This document shows, piece after piece, positions 21,193 through 32,050 of a DNA stretch of 64,000 bases. Position 1 is the first letter of the stretch; the number at the start of each line of letters is the position of its first letter. Origin of the DNA: Bifidobacterium breve (GTDB taxonomy: Bacteria; Actinomycetota; Actinomycetes; Nanopelagicales; Nanopelagicaceae); the NCBI GenBank assembly GCA_945883755.1, contig CAMCXX010000002.1, positions 42,775 to 106,774 on the forward strand, in the 5' to 3' direction. The position numbers and the translations under genes were made by a program. A model generated the notes under the pieces. That model did not search any database and was not told where the DNA came from. It worked only from the letters and a program-made list of their open reading frames with translations.

Positions 21193-21672
21193 ATGGATGT
21201 AATTGAGAATATCGAGGCAGCGATCGCTGCAGTAGAAGAGGCCCGCTCAGTTCCACTATCTGCTTCCTGTGTAATCCATCGCGGCGAGATGTTAGAACTA
21301 TTAGAAAGTATTAAGTCATCATTTCCCAATGATCTAGCAAAAGCGATCACAATCTTGCGCCAACAATCAGAGATTATCGAAGGTGCAAATCAGCAATCAG
21401 ACTCAATAATCGCCCAAGCCCGAGATGAAGTTTCACGATTGGTAGAGCAAACTGCAATTGTTACCGCTGCGAAGAGAGAGTCTGCCAAAATAATTGCAGA
21501 TGCAACCGCAGAGGGTAAAAAAGATAAAGAGGAGATTGAAGCGTATATTGATTCACGCCTTGCTAATCTTGAGGTGATTTTGAATAAAACACTTGACGTA
21601 ATCAGCCGAGGTCGCGAAAAGCTCGCTGGTGCTGATCCAAAGCATGCGTTGTCTGATCTAAAAGATCGGTAA
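21193..21672 (+). CDS. Conserved actinobacterial coiled-coil protein between coaD and DUF177
   Basis: VEEARSVPLSASC motif, heptad-rich sequence, conserved position. Confidence 0.8.
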   Translation: MDVIENIEAAIAAVEEARSVPLSASCVIHRGEMLELLESIKSSFPNDLAKAITILRQQSEIIEGANQQSDSIIAQARDEVSRLVEQTAIVTAAKRESAKIIADATAEGKKDKEEIEAYIDSRLANLEVILNKTLDVISRGREKLAGADPKHALSDLKDR

Positions 21673-21676
21673 TTAA

Positions 21677-22264
21677 ATGGCTAGATCGGTCTTTATCTTT
21701 AACACCCACGATCTGCCACATCGGGCTGGTGAGATGCGTGAGTATCAATTATCTCTGCCAGTTAGCGAGGCGATCGGCGTTGATTTACTCTCCATCAAAC
21801 CTACGCAGATCATTTCGGTAGAGCTTCGCATTACCTCCGTTGATGAGGGAGTACTAGCAACTGGAGAGATATCCGCACTTGCAACTGGTGAATGTGGTCG
21901 ATGTCTTGATCCAATTAATTGGCCAATTGATGAGCCCTTTACCGAACTTTTTTACTATGAAACCGCTGCCAGCAGAGCGATGGAAAAGGGAAAGAAGGGC
22001 GGAAAAAACTTTGCCAAACGAGATGAGAAAAAAGATATTGATCTAGAGGCTGATGAATTAACATTTATGATTGGTGATGAAATTGATTTAGAGTTACCGA
22101 TTAGAGATGCTGTTATTTTAAATTTGCCGGTTAATCCCTTATGCAGTGAAGAGTGTCCGGGGTTGTGCCAAGGCTGTGGCGAAAAGTGGATTAACTTGCC
22201 AGCTGATCACGCCCACAACCCAGAGGATCCAAGATGGGCCGCACTCAAAGGTTTAAATCTCTAG
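21677..22264 (+). CDS. yceD: YceD / DUF177 family protein
   Basis: CGRCL, PLCSEECPGLCQGCG, DPRWAAL; upstream of rpmF. Confidence 0.92.
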   Translation: MARSVFIFNTHDLPHRAGEMREYQLSLPVSEAIGVDLLSIKPTQIISVELRITSVDEGVLATGEISALATGECGRCLDPINWPIDEPFTELFYYETAASRAMEKGKKGGKNFAKRDEKKDIDLEADELTFMIGDEIDLELPIRDAVILNLPVNPLCSEECPGLCQGCGEKWINLPADHAHNPEDPRWAALKGLNL

Positions 22265-22380
22265 ATTTACGCAGGACAAAGCGGGCGTTTTTACAAGATC
22301 GCATTTTTCCTAGATAATTCTCACCTGCTACTGGGAGTTTGAGTAGCTACTAAAAAAGATTATTTTAAGGAGTCCTGATC

Positions 22381-22554
22381 ATGCCAGTACCAAAGCGAAA
22401 AATGTCACGAGCACGCACTCGCTCTCGTCGAAGCATGTGGAAGACAACTCCAGCAAATTTAGCAACATGTGAACAATGCCAGTCACCAAAGTTGCAACAC
22501 ACTGCTTGCCCTACATGTGGAACATATAACCGCCGCCAAGTTCTAGAGGTTTAA
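22381..22554 (+). CDS. rpmF: 50S ribosomal protein L32 (not in the ORF track)
   Basis: Own translation: MPVPKRKMSRARTRSRRSMWKTTPANLATCEQCQSPKLQHTACPTCGTYNRRQVLEV; AAGGAG SD upstream. Confidence 0.96.
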   Translation: MPVPKRKMSRARTRSRRSMWKTTPANLATCEQCQSPKLQHTACPTCGTYNRRQVLEV

Positions 22555-22555
22555 T

Positions 22556-23236
22556 CTGTACTCTCGCCTTACTGAGCAACTCGGAATTGCGGTTAAGGAT
22601 GAGTTGCTACAACTTGCATTAACGCACCGCTCATTTTCATATGAAGCGGGTGGATTACCAACTAATGAACGCATGGAGTTTCTTGGCGATGCTGTACTCG
22701 GCTTAGTTGTTACAGATGAACTTTATAAAAAATTTCCAGATTTAGATGAAAGTCGTTTAAGTCCACTTCGTTCTGGTGTTGTAAATATGCGCGCCCTTGC
22801 TCAGATAGCCCGGGAAATTAACTTAGGTGAGTATTTACGAATTGGTAAAGGTGAAGAATCTACAAATGGTCGAGATAAGAACTCGATATTAGCTGACTCC
22901 TTAGAAGCACTTGTCGGCGCGATTTATTTAGAGCATGGATATAACAAATGCGCAGATGTAATTTTAAGATTGCTTGGCCCATTAATTGATGCAGCACAAA
23001 GCTCTGGCGCTGCTCTTGATGGTAAAACTGCGTTGCAAGAGTTGGCCGCTTCAATTGGTCTGACATCGCCAGAGTATGAGATTGGTGAGTCTGGGCCAGA
23101 TCATGACAAGAGTTTTACTGCAGTTGCGATTTTAAGTGGCGAACACTTCCCGCAAGGTATTGGAAAGAGCAAGCGAGAGGCAGAGCAGGCAGCGGCTAAA
23201 TTAGCTCATGAGGTGTTAGCAACCCGAAAAAGGTAA
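22556..23236 (+). CDS. rnc: Ribonuclease III (probable CTG start)
   Basis: ALTHRS, NERMEFLGDAVL, dsRBD (GPDHDK, SKREAEQAAA); frame is open from CTG 22556. Confidence 0.95.
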   Translation: MYSRLTEQLGIAVKDELLQLALTHRSFSYEAGGLPTNERMEFLGDAVLGLVVTDELYKKFPDLDESRLSPLRSGVVNMRALAQIAREINLGEYLRIGKGEESTNGRDKNSILADSLEALVGAIYLEHGYNKCADVILRLLGPLIDAAQSSGAALDGKTALQELAASIGLTSPEYEIGESGPDHDKSFTAVAILSGEHFPQGIGKSKREAEQAAAKLAHEVLATRKR

Positions 23237-23238
23237 AG

Positions 23239-24078
23239 ATGCCGGAGTTGCCAGAGGTTGAAACTGTACGAGCTGGACTTGCCAAGTATGTAATTGGCAA
23301 AAAGATTTTAAGTGCAGCAACCCTCCACTCCAGAGCACTTAAGCCAGCCTCAATTGCGCCAGTTTCTGCATTAATCGGTAGCAAAATCTTGGATGTAAAG
23401 CGAAGAGGAAAGTTTCTTTGGTTATCGCTAGATCGCCCAATCTGCCTAGTTGTACACCTTGGTATGAGTGGGCAGTTATTAGTGCAACCGAGCACAACCA
23501 GAGCTCATAAGCACCTGCGAGCAGAGTTTGGTTTATCAGCGAGTAGATTTGCCAAGCCAGGAGATCAACTTAGATTTGTTGATCAACGTACCTTTGGTTG
23601 GGTAAGTGTTGAAGAGTATGTAGGTGATGTACCAAGCTCTGTTTCGCATATTGCACTGGATCCATTTGAGGAAAATTTTGATCTATCGGCAGCAATTACA
23701 AGGATTAAAAAACGAAAATCTGCGATAAAACCAACCTTGTTAAATCAGGAGATTATTAGCGGGATTGGAAATATTTATGCCGATGAGGCGTTGTGGCGCA
23801 GCAAGATTCATCCAGAGATAATCTGCGAAGATTTAAGTAAAGCGGAGATAAAACGGATTATTAATAATGCGGTAGCGGTAATGCGGGAGGCGATTGATGC
23901 TGGTGGTACCTCATTTGATGAGCAGTATAAAAATGTAAATGGCGAGAGTGGGTACTTCGAAAGATCACTCGCCGTGTATGGCCAAGAGGGTGAGCCATGC
24001 CCCAGATGTGGCAGCGCAATCGCCAGAATCGCCTTTGCTAATCGCTCATCACACCTTTGCCAGCGTTGCCAGCGGTAG
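23239..24078 (+). CDS. mutM: Formamidopyrimidine-DNA glycosylase
   Basis: MPELPEVE, HLGMSG, GIGNIYADE, C-terminal CPRC...CQRC zinc finger. Confidence 0.97.
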   Translation: MPELPEVETVRAGLAKYVIGKKILSAATLHSRALKPASIAPVSALIGSKILDVKRRGKFLWLSLDRPICLVVHLGMSGQLLVQPSTTRAHKHLRAEFGLSASRFAKPGDQLRFVDQRTFGWVSVEEYVGDVPSSVSHIALDPFEENFDLSAAITRIKKRKSAIKPTLLNQEIISGIGNIYADEALWRSKIHPEIICEDLSKAEIKRIINNAVAVMREAIDAGGTSFDEQYKNVNGESGYFERSLAVYGQEGEPCPRCGSAIARIAFANRSSHLCQRCQR

Positions 24079-24118
24079 GTAGCGGTAATTTCGAGCAGTT
24101 TTTGGATAGGTTGCGCCT

Positions 24119-27100
24119 ATGTATTTGAAGAGTATGAATCTGAAGGGGTTTAAATCCTTCGCCTCTTCGACCACTCTAAATTTTGAACAGGGCATTACCT
24201 GTGTCGTCGGTCCAAATGGTTCTGGAAAATCAAATGTAGTTGATGCCCTCTCCTGGGTAATGGGAGAGCAAGGTGCCAAATCTTTGCGCGGTGGCAAGAT
24301 GGAGGATGTAATTTTCGCCGGCACAAGTGGACGTGCACCCCTTGGTCGGGCAGAGGTCTCGGTAACAATTGATAATACCGATGGTGTGCTACCAATTGAT
24401 TTTGCTGAAGTAACTATTACCCGTGTCTTGTTTAGAAATGGTGCATCTGAGTACCAGTTAAATGGCGAAACAACTCGTTTACTTGATATTCAAGAGTTGC
24501 TAAGTGATAGCGGTATTGGTCGAGAGATGCATGTAATTGTCGGACAAGGCCAGTTAGATGCAATTTTGCTGGCAAATCCAGAGGAGCGCAGAGCTTTTAT
24601 TGAGGAAGCGGCTGGTGTATTAAAGCATCGAAAGCGCAAAGAGAAGGCGATTAGAAAATTAGATTCAATGCAAACAAATTTGGCACGTATCCAGGATCTA
24701 ACTGTCGAATTACGGCGTCAATTAAAACCACTGGGCAAGCAAGCTGAGGTTGCTCGTAAAGCTTCGATCATTCAATCTGATGTACGTGATGCAAAGCTTC
24801 GCTTGTTAGCTGATGATCTAATTACCTTGAAAAATTCTTCAAGCGTGGAGGAGGCGGATGAAAACTCATTGCGCGCTCGCAAAGAGTTGGTTGAATCTGA
24901 GTTAGAAAGCATGCGCTTACGTGAGGAACAGCTGGATTTAAACTCAGCTACCGAAAATCCATTACTAGTAAAAGCGCAAGAAAATTTCTATCGATTAACA
25001 GCGCAACGTGAGAAGTTTCGCGGAATTCAAAATCTTGCATCAGAGCGCGCCCGATTTTTATCGGAAGAGGCGGAGGAGGCTCGATCTGCCGGTCGTGATC
25101 CAGATGCCCTCGATGCTGAAGCAAAGATTCTCCGTGGCGAACAACAAAGCTTTGAACGAGATTTAAATGCTGCGCAATCACAATTATTTATTGATACCAA
25201 TGCGCTAAAGGAGATTGAAGAGAAGTTATCACTCGAAGAGAGTTCAGTATCTGCCTCTCTTCGCGCAATTGCTGATCAACGAGAAGGAACCGCTCGACAA
25301 GAGGGTCACATCAACGGCTTAAAATCTAGAATTGATGCAACAAATGCAGAGGTAACTCGATTAACAACTGCCCTAAATGAAGCAAACTCAAGATTGAAGG
25401 GGTACCAAGAGGATTTTGCATTACTAGAAACTCAGATTGCAAGTGTTGGCGCAGCTGAGCCCGGGCTTGATTCGCAATTTGAAAATGCTAAGCGCGAGCT
25501 AGCAAGTGCGGAAAACCTTTTCGAGCAGGTTAAAGAGCGCCGCGATGCAGCTGAAAAATTACGTGCTGGTTCACTTGGTCGGTTATCTGCGTTTAAAGAG
25601 ATCGTAGATCTAGTTCGCACTTCAAATAATCCTGATTTAATCGCAAAGATTGATTCCTTGACCACAACCTCTGAGAGTGAGGTCGGTAAATTATCTGCAG
25701 ATTGTGATCGAATTAAATTTGAGATTACCTCAGCCCAGGATGTAATCGCTGCTACCCAATCAAATTATGATCAATTGTTAGCAAAATTAAATGAATCTGA
25801 TGCGCGAATGAATGGTTTAGCAGAACAGATGGCGGTAGCTGGACAGAATGTGAAGAGTGCACATGCAGAGATTGAACGTTTGGTTTTATCAATAACTGAG
25901 GCCACTGGCCAACGCACATCTGATGAACGTGATTTAACCGCTGCAATCTCACAATTTGAGTCACAATCTGAACCACGAGAGCCAGATTTAACTCATCTCG
26001 AGGATTTAAGAACTCAAGTATCCAATGCTCGCTCAAAAGAGGTTGAATCACGGTTGCACCTTCGAACAGTTGAAGAGCGGATCACCGCAATTTCACAACG
26101 TGCACAATCATTGGAGGATGCAGCTCAAGTAGAGCGCGATTCTGCGAGCAAAGCGATTTCAAGAAGAGATGCTCGTGCAAAGGCGGCAATCACCGCACAA
26201 CAAATAGCAGATGCTGCTTATGAAGCTTTAATTCAAATTGAATTATCTATCTCAAAAGCGGGTGCAGAGAGAGAACGATTAGAGCAATCTCGAACTCAAC
26301 GCGAAGGTGAAATTTTAAGTATTCGTGGTGCCAGCCGTGAGTTAGCAATTGAGCTTGAGCGATTGACCTCAAGTGTTCATAAAGATGAGATTGCTCGAGC
26401 CGAGCAACGACTACGAATCGAGCAGTTAGAGATCAAGACGGTAGAGGAGCTAGGTGTTGATGTTGCAACACTGATCGCTGAATACGGTCCTAATAATGAT
26501 GTACCAACATTTATCGAAAATGAAGAGGGTGAGTTTGTACCAGGAGATCTGATTCCATATCGCCGTGAACAACAAGAGAAGCGGTTAGCACAAGCAGAAC
26601 GCTCATTAACCTTGCTTGGAAAGATTAATCCACTTGCCTTAGAGGAGTACTCATCACTCGAGGAGAGACTTCGTTACCTAGCTGAGCAGTTAGAGGATTT
26701 AAAGAAAACTAAACGTGATCTGCTAGAGATAATTAAAGAGGTAGATGATCGAGTTCAAGAGATATTTACACAAGCCTATGAAGATACCGCTCGTGAGTTT
26801 GAGTTAGTTTTCGCCAGATTATTCCCAGGTGGCGATGGTCGTCTAATTTTGACCAATCCTTCAGATATGTTGACTTCAGGAGTTGATGTTGAAGCACGAC
26901 CACCAGGAAAACGAGTAAAACGTTTATCACTTCTATCAGGTGGTGAGCGATCACTTGTTGCGGTTGCCTTACTGATTGCGATTTTTAAAGCTCGTCCTTC
27001 ACCATTTTACGTAATGGATGAGGTCGAAGCAGCACTTGATGACACAAACCTAGGAAGGTTGCTCGGTGTTTTTGAAGAGCTTCGCGAAAAATCCCAGTTA

Positions 27101-27226
27101 ATTGTGATCACTCACCAGAAGCGAACAATGGAGATTGCCGATGCTTTGTACGGCGTAACGATGCGCGGTGATGGCGTATCCGAGGTTATCTCGCAACGTA
27201 TTCGCGAAGTTGATGCTGTCTCTTAA
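24119..27226 (+). CDS. smc: Chromosome segregation protein SMC, apparently lacking the hinge domain
   Basis: GFKSF, Walker A GPNGSGKS, LRGGKMEDVIF, Q-loop GQGQ, signature LSGGE, Walker B/D-loop MDEVEAALD, ITHQ; fpg-smc-ftsY synteny; only 1035 aa. Confidence 0.93.
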   Translation: MYLKSMNLKGFKSFASSTTLNFEQGITCVVGPNGSGKSNVVDALSWVMGEQGAKSLRGGKMEDVIFAGTSGRAPLGRAEVSVTIDNTDGVLPIDFAEVTITRVLFRNGASEYQLNGETTRLLDIQELLSDSGIGREMHVIVGQGQLDAILLANPEERRAFIEEAAGVLKHRKRKEKAIRKLDSMQTNLARIQDLTVELRRQLKPLGKQAEVARKASIIQSDVRDAKLRLLADDLITLKNSSSVEEADENSLRARKELVESELESMRLREEQLDLNSATENPLLVKAQENFYRLTAQREKFRGIQNLASERARFLSEEAEEARSAGRDPDALDAEAKILRGEQQSFERDLNAAQSQLFIDTNALKEIEEKLSLEESSVSASLRAIADQREGTARQEGHINGLKSRIDATNAEVTRLTTALNEANSRLKGYQEDFALLETQIASVGAAEPGLDSQFENAKRELASAENLFEQVKERRDAAEKLRAGSLGRLSAFKEIVDLVRTSNNPDLIAKIDSLTTTSESEVGKLSADCDRIKFEITSAQDVIAATQSNYDQLLAKLNESDARMNGLAEQMAVAGQNVKSAHAEIERLVLSITEATGQRTSDERDLTAAISQFESQSEPREPDLTHLEDLRTQVSNARSKEVESRLHLRTVEERITAISQRAQSLEDAAQVERDSASKAISRRDARAKAAITAQQIADAAYEALIQIELSISKAGAERERLEQSRTQREGEILSIRGASRELAIELERLTSSVHKDEIARAEQRLRIEQLEIKTVEELGVDVATLIAEYGPNNDVPTFIENEEGEFVPGDLIPYRREQQEKRLAQAERSLTLLGKINPLALEEYSSLEERLRYLAEQLEDLKKTKRDLLEIIKEVDDRVQEIFTQAYEDTAREFELVFARLFPGGDGRLILTNPSDMLTSGVDVEARPPGKRVKRLSLLSGGERSLVAVALLIAIFKARPSPFYVMDEVEAALDDTNLGRLLGVFEELREKSQLIVITHQKRTMEIADALYGVTMRGDGVSEVISQRIREVDAVS

Positions 27227-27236
27227 AGTTTAATTG

Positions 27237-28073
27237 ATGAGCTTGTTCAAGCGTTTACTTAACGCGGTTAAAAGTGGATCAACCACTGAATCTGAATGGA
27301 ATGAGATTAGAAGTAACTTAATTGATTCAGATCTTGGAGTTAATTTAGTTGATCAACTTATTGCAGTAGCGAAAAAGAGTAAGCCCAATGATGCACAGAG
27401 TGCGATTACAAATGAGATTACAAGTTGGCTCAGTACTAAATCCAGGGAGATTACTCCTGGCAATGCTGGGCTAAATCCAGTTTTACTCGTAGGAATTAAT
27501 GGAACTGGTAAAACAACTACAACTGCAAAGATCGCAAATTACCTGCAGCAAAGTAAATATAAAGTAATGCTGGCGGCGGCAGATACATTTCGCGCAGCAG
27601 CGGTTGAACAGCTGCAAAGCTGGGGGCAACGGTTAGATATTCCAGTTATTGTTGGTAAACCAAATAGCGATCCAGCAGCCCTGGCCTTTGAAGCGACTAA
27701 AGCAGCAATAGAATCAAATATTGATTATCTGTTAATTGATACCGCTGGCCGATTGCACACCAAAGTGGATTTGATGGATGAGCTTCAAAAGGTAGTTAGA
27801 GTGATTGAGAAACAGAGTCCGATCAAGGAGATTCTCTTAGTCATTGATGCCACCACGGGACAAAATGCAATTGCTCAAGCAAAGAGTTTTATTGCGCTGG
27901 CACAGATAACTGGATTTGTGATCACAAAATTAGATGGCAGTGCAAAGGGTGGAGTGGCGCTAGCTATCGAGCGGGAGAGTGGGTTACCGATCAAATTTAT
28001 TGGGGTAGGTGAGGCGGTAGGGGATTTGCAGCCATTTAATTCAGCGGATTACATAAGATCACTCCTCAATTAA
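27237..28073 (+). CDS. ftsY: SRP receptor FtsY (minimal NG form)
   Basis: GINGTGKTTT, DTFRAAA, DTAGR, TKLDGSAKGG; no N-terminal acidic or membrane extension. Confidence 0.95.
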   Translation: MSLFKRLLNAVKSGSTTESEWNEIRSNLIDSDLGVNLVDQLIAVAKKSKPNDAQSAITNEITSWLSTKSREITPGNAGLNPVLLVGINGTGKTTTTAKIANYLQQSKYKVMLAAADTFRAAAVEQLQSWGQRLDIPVIVGKPNSDPAALAFEATKAAIESNIDYLLIDTAGRLHTKVDLMDELQKVVRVIEKQSPIKEILLVIDATTGQNAIAQAKSFIALAQITGFVITKLDGSAKGGVALAIERESGLPIKFIGVGEAVGDLQPFNSADYIRSLLN

Positions 28074-28138
28074 CAAGGATTTAACACAACAGCGCTTTTT
28101 GTGATCTACCTGAAACCATATCGGTGAGCGCCTGTAAC
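28070..28138 (+). promoter_or_regulatory. Putative GlnR boxes upstream of amt
   Basis: TTAAC-n6-TTAAC (28070-85), GTGAT-n6-GAAAC (28101-16), and GTAAC (28134-38) in 11-bp phase with the latter; resembles the actinobacterial GlnR consensus gTnAc-n6-GaAAc. Confidence 0.6.
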
Positions 28139-28198
28139 CCTGCCAGGTAATGATCTGCCCTATCTCAACGAGGAGAAACTCCCAACAATCGGAGATTT

Positions 28199-29838
<1,640 letters not shown>

Positions 29839-29857
29839 TCTAAGTAAGATAGCAGTT

Positions 29858-31297
29858 ATGTTTGAAGCGCTAGGTCAGAGATTTACCAAGGTATTTTCTG
29901 GCCTACGCGGCAAGGTAAGTGAGTCAGATCTAAATACCTTTGCATCTGAGATTAAAACCGCATTACTAGAGTCTGATGTTGCTCAATCTGTTGCCGATAA
30001 TTTCGCTACGCAGATCTTAAAAATTGCGCAGGAGCGATCTGATGAGATTAACAAATCAACAAATCCAGCTCAGAAAATTTTTGAGATTGTTAATGCTCAA
30101 TTAACCCAAACTCTCGGTGGCTCAGCAAGAAGGTTGCGCCATGCTAAGACCGGCCCAACTGTAATTTTGTTAACTGGTTTACAGGGCGCAGGTAAAACCT
30201 CACTTGCTGGAAAGCTTGCCAAGTATTTAAAGGATCAAGGAAATACTCCGTTATTGGTGGCATCTGATTTACAACGCTTAAATGCGGTTACTCAACTGCA
30301 GGTAGTAGGCCAATCAATCTCAGTTCCAGTCTTTGCACCTGAACCAGGCAATGGTGTTGGCGATCCAGTAGCGGTTGCAAAAGCGGGTTTGCAATTTGCA
30401 AAGGATAAAGTTCATAACTTTGTGATAGTTGATACCGCAGGTCGATTGGGTGTTGACCAAGAGTTAATGCAACAAGCAATCAGGGTGCGCGATGCTGTTT
30501 CACCTGATGAAATCCTCTTTGTAGTTGATGCCATGATTGGTCAAGATGCAGTTGTAACCGCAAAAGCATTTGCCGATGGTGTGGGATTTGATGCGGTTGT
30601 TTTAACTAAATTAGATGGCGATGCCCGCGGCGGTGCTGCACTTTCTATTGTTGAGATAACTGGTAAGCCAATCATCTTTGCGGCAACTGGCGAGAAGGTG
30701 TCAGATTTTGATTTGTTTTATCCAGATCGTATGGCCTCTCGAATTTTGGGAATGGGAGATGTTGCATCATTAGCAGAACAAGCAAAACGATCAATGTCTA
30801 GTGATACTGCAGCAAAGCTAGAACAAAAGTTTGCCAGTGGGGATGATTTCACCTTTGCGGATTTCCTCTCTCAACTTGAAGCAATGAAAAGTATGGGCAG
30901 TATGAGCAAGTTAATGGGGTTGTTGCCTGGCTCTGGTGCGATGAAAAAACAGATGGAAAATTTTGATGAGAGTGAGTTGGTACGAACAAGAGCGATTATT
31001 GAGTCGATGACACCTCAAGAGCGAGCTGATCCAAAGGTATTAAATGGTTCAAGACGCGCCAGAATTTCTCGTGGAAGTGGCAGAGCAATTAGTGAAATTA
31101 ACTCATTGGTCGAGAGATTTTCTGGAGCACAAAAGATGATGAAGAAGATGAGAAATGGTGGTATGCCGGCAATTCCTGGAATGCCCGCAATGACTGGTTT
31201 GGGTGGCATGCCAAAAATTTCAAAAAATAATCCACCGCCAAAGAAGAAATCTAGATCTGGAAATCCAGCGAAGCGGGCGGCAGAAGAAGGTAGTTGA
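29858..31297 (+). CDS. ffh: Signal recognition particle protein
   Basis: GLQGAGKT, DTAGR, TKLDGDARGGAALS, Met-rich M domain; ATG 29858 taken as start. Confidence 0.97.
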   Translation: MFEALGQRFTKVFSGLRGKVSESDLNTFASEIKTALLESDVAQSVADNFATQILKIAQERSDEINKSTNPAQKIFEIVNAQLTQTLGGSARRLRHAKTGPTVILLTGLQGAGKTSLAGKLAKYLKDQGNTPLLVASDLQRLNAVTQLQVVGQSISVPVFAPEPGNGVGDPVAVAKAGLQFAKDKVHNFVIVDTAGRLGVDQELMQQAIRVRDAVSPDEILFVVDAMIGQDAVVTAKAFADGVGFDAVVLTKLDGDARGGAALSIVEITGKPIIFAATGEKVSDFDLFYPDRMASRILGMGDVASLAEQAKRSMSSDTAAKLEQKFASGDDFTFADFLSQLEAMKSMGSMSKLMGLLPGSGAMKKQMENFDESELVRTRAIIESMTPQERADPKVLNGSRRARISRGSGRAISEINSLVERFSGAQKMMKKMRNGGMPAIPGMPAMTGLGGMPKISKNNPPPKKKSRSGNPAKRAAEEGS

Positions 31298-31457
31298 GCC
31301 TGTAATTTTGGAATATTGGGTGGTGCTGGCAAGATTAGCCTCCTGCTAATGGGACCCTCTAACCCGTAGCAATATTTATCCGCAGGTCGTATTAATTTGT
31401 AAACGCCCCCGCTGTTTACATATAAATCACAACCGATTATTTTCTACAGGGAGCTTT

Positions 31458-32048
31458 GTGTCAGTAAAGATTAAATTGATGCGTCTTGGAAAGATTCGCA
31501 CACCGCATTACCGAATTGTGATTGCAGATTCACGTTCTGCCCGTAACTCAAAGGCGATCGAAGAGGTTGGTCGTTACTCACCCGCATCTGAGCCATCATT
31601 AATTGAGGTTAATTCTGATCGCATTCAGTACTGGATGGGTGTTGGTGCACAACCAACTGAGGCGGTAACTGCACTTCTAAAAATTACTGGCGATTACCAA
31701 AAGGCACATGATCTGCCAGGCAAAGAGGGAACACTAAAAGCTCTGCCAGTGCGAATTGATAAGCGTGTTGCTTATGAAGCTGCTGTGAAAGAGGCGATGA
31801 ATGAGCCAGCAGATGGCGCAACAACTCTAAAGAAAAAGGCTGCAGAAAAATTAGCGGCTAAAGCTGCACCTATTGTTGAAGCACCAGCAGAAGTTGCTGC
31901 AGAGACACCAGTTGCTGAAGCAGTAGCAGAGGTTCCAGCTCCAGTTGTGACTGAAGTGTCCGAGCCAGTAATTCAAAATGCTGAGGCAGAGGTTCCAGCT
32001 CCAGTAGTGAATGAAGAAGCTCCAACCGAAGAAAAAGCTGCTGAATAA
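31458..32048 (+). CDS. rpsP: 30S ribosomal protein S16 with long Ala/Glu/Pro-rich tail
   Basis: VKIKLMRLGK, YRIVIADSR, WMGVGAQPT. Confidence 0.96.
   Translation: MSVKIKLMRLGKIRTPHYRIVIADSRSARNSKAIEEVGRYSPASEPSLIEVNSDRIQYWMGVGAQPTEAVTALLKITGDYQKAHDLPGKEGTLKALPVRIDKRVAYEAAVKEAMNEPADGATTLKKKAAEKLAAKAAPIVEAPAEVAAETPVAEAVAEVPAPVVTEVSEPVIQNAEAEVPAPVVNEEAPTEEKAAE
31926..32005 (+). repeat. 20-bp direct repeat GCAGAGGTTCCAGCTCCAGT, 60 nt apart, inside the S16 tail
   Basis: Copies at 31926-31945 and 31986-32005 (AEVPAPVV twice). Confidence 0.85.
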
Positions 32049-32050
32049 TT

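Noticed and set aside
22327-22347. Hairpin GCTACT-n9-AGTAGC in the rpmF leader
   Set aside because: A 6-bp stem is too short to support a regulatory RNA call without covariation data
24119-27226. Alternative call as RecN, SbcC/Rad50 or MksB/JetC
   Set aside because: Head motifs (GFKSF, LRGGKMEDVIF, PPGK, DEVEAALDD) and fpg-smc-ftsY synteny are canonical Smc; there is no zinc hook and no mks/jet/sbcD neighbours
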